A stretch of 57,827 nt of DNA from the NCBI GenBank assembly GCA_044229845.1, contig JBGASG010000015.1, positions 1-57,827 of the forward strand, given 5' to 3'. The DNA comes from Candidatus Obscuribacteraceae bacterium (GTDB lineage: Bacteria > Cyanobacteriota > Vampirovibrionia > Obscuribacterales > Obscuribacteraceae). The notes under the pieces are model-generated. The model made no database searches. It was not told where the DNA came from and was given only the letters and a program-made list of their open reading frames with translations. Each line of letters opens with the position of its first letter. Position 1 is the stretch's first letter. A program made the position numbers and the translations under genes. Shown piece after piece: positions 56,848-57,827 of the stretch.

Positions 56848-57827
56848 TTGGCGGCTCCTCCTTTGTCGTGTGCTGGTGGCGGCAATATCGGCGGCTTGTC
56901 GGTGCTCTTGTCCTGTCGCTCTACTTCAATGGTTTGCACCAGCAAGCTGGGCGCGCAGGCTGATACGGGTACCGGTCCCGACTCGGCATCGCAGGTGCCG
57001 TTGAATACGGCATCATCGTCCGCCGCTGCCAGAATGTTTTCCAGCGAGGCGAGCGGTGTGCCCACGATGTTGACTCCGCGCAACAGTTCATCGGGACGTC
57101 CATCTGTGTACACGCGCGTCACGCGCAAAGGCAGAAGGCGATAGACCTGAGGCAGCCATGTGGAGGTGAGCGTGAAACCACCTGCAATCTCATCGAACAC
57201 AAGACCGTACGGTTTGCCTTGCTTTTTCGCTTCTTCAATCAGCATCTTGCGCAGCTCGGCGTAGGGAACACGCTTGGATGACTCGACGATCAAGTTTCCT
57301 TGCCGAGCCACTGGATCGTTGCCTGGTGCAGCGCGTCCGTGTCCGTTGGATGCCGGGAAGCCACGCACAGGCGAGCGCCCCATCAGAAATCCCTTGAGGG
57401 TACCGTTCTCGACGAGAGTGACCTTCTGAGCCGGGATGCCTTCATCGTCAAAGCTGTAGTAGCCGTGCAACGGTTTGGTGCCCAGGTTATGAATGGTCGG
57501 GTCGTCAATCACTGTTATGAAGTTGGGCATGATCTGGTGCCCGACTTTCTTGGCAAACGTCCGTCCTTCTTCCTCGTCTTTCTGGCGATTGCCTTCGATG
57601 CGATGTCCGAAGGTTTCGTGGAAAAATACTCCCGCAGCCTTGGCCTGTAAAATCGCCGGTCCCACGTATGGTTCGGCTTTCTGAGCTTGCCGCAGATCCT
57701 TGACCGACTGAGCGAGATGCTCCACCATTTCGGCCAGCTTTGGCTCATTAGGTATGTCGGTGTAATTGGGGACTTCCACGGAGTCGTACAGCCAGACTCG
57801 CATGCCATCATCGGCGGTGGCTTCGGC
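56844..57827 (-). CDS. TldD-family metalloprotease (N-terminus beyond the window)
   Basis: FFHETFGH, DDEG, NGHGR, catalytic Cys region GTC. Confidence 0.9.
   Translation of the reverse strand, partial: AEATADDGMRVWLYDSVEVPNYTDIPNEPKLAEMVEHLAQSVKDLRQAQKAEPYVGPAILQAKAAGVFFHETFGHRIEGNRQKDEEEGRTFAKKVGHQIMPNFITVIDDPTIHNLGTKPLHGYYSFDDEGIPAQKVTLVENGTLKGFLMGRSPVRGFPASNGHGRAAPGNDPVARQGNLIVESSKRVPYAELRKMLIEEAKKQGKPYGLVFDEIAGGFTLTSTWLPQVYRLLPLRVTRVYTDGRPDELLRGVNIVGTPLASLENILAAADDDAVFNGTCDAESGPVPVSACAPSLLVQTIEVERQDKSTDKPPILPPPAHDKGGAAK

Overview
Gene-dense bacterial chromosomal window of about 45 CDS, mostly housekeeping and signalling genes: tdk (partial), ald, two thiolases, mutS, otsA, uppS, yqeG, addA/addB, an iscS/nifS-type desulfurase, cysK, ligA, a TldD/PmbA-like pair, two OmpR-type two-component pairs and several TPR proteins. 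The gene mix suggests a non-photosynthetic cyanobacterial relative (Melainabacteria/Obscuribacterales-like), but this is inference only. I found no rRNA, tRNA or CRISPR-Cas. The most unusual elements are: (1) an orphan IS200/IS605 right end / TnpB omega-RNA scaffold at ~43290-43444 with a guide and downstream hairpin but no tnpB or tnpA; (2) four ~58-bp tandem units with a 26-bp palindromic core (45498-45714) upstream of a toxin-less AbiEi/DUF6088-like wHTH gene between iscS and cysK; (3) a multi-domain muramidase-like + M23 cell-wall hydrolase; (4) an SGNH esterase carrying phage-tail-like modules; (5) a recurring intergenic palindrome AACCGATATCGGTT and several structured leaders. All calls come from motif recognition by eye; no searches were run.
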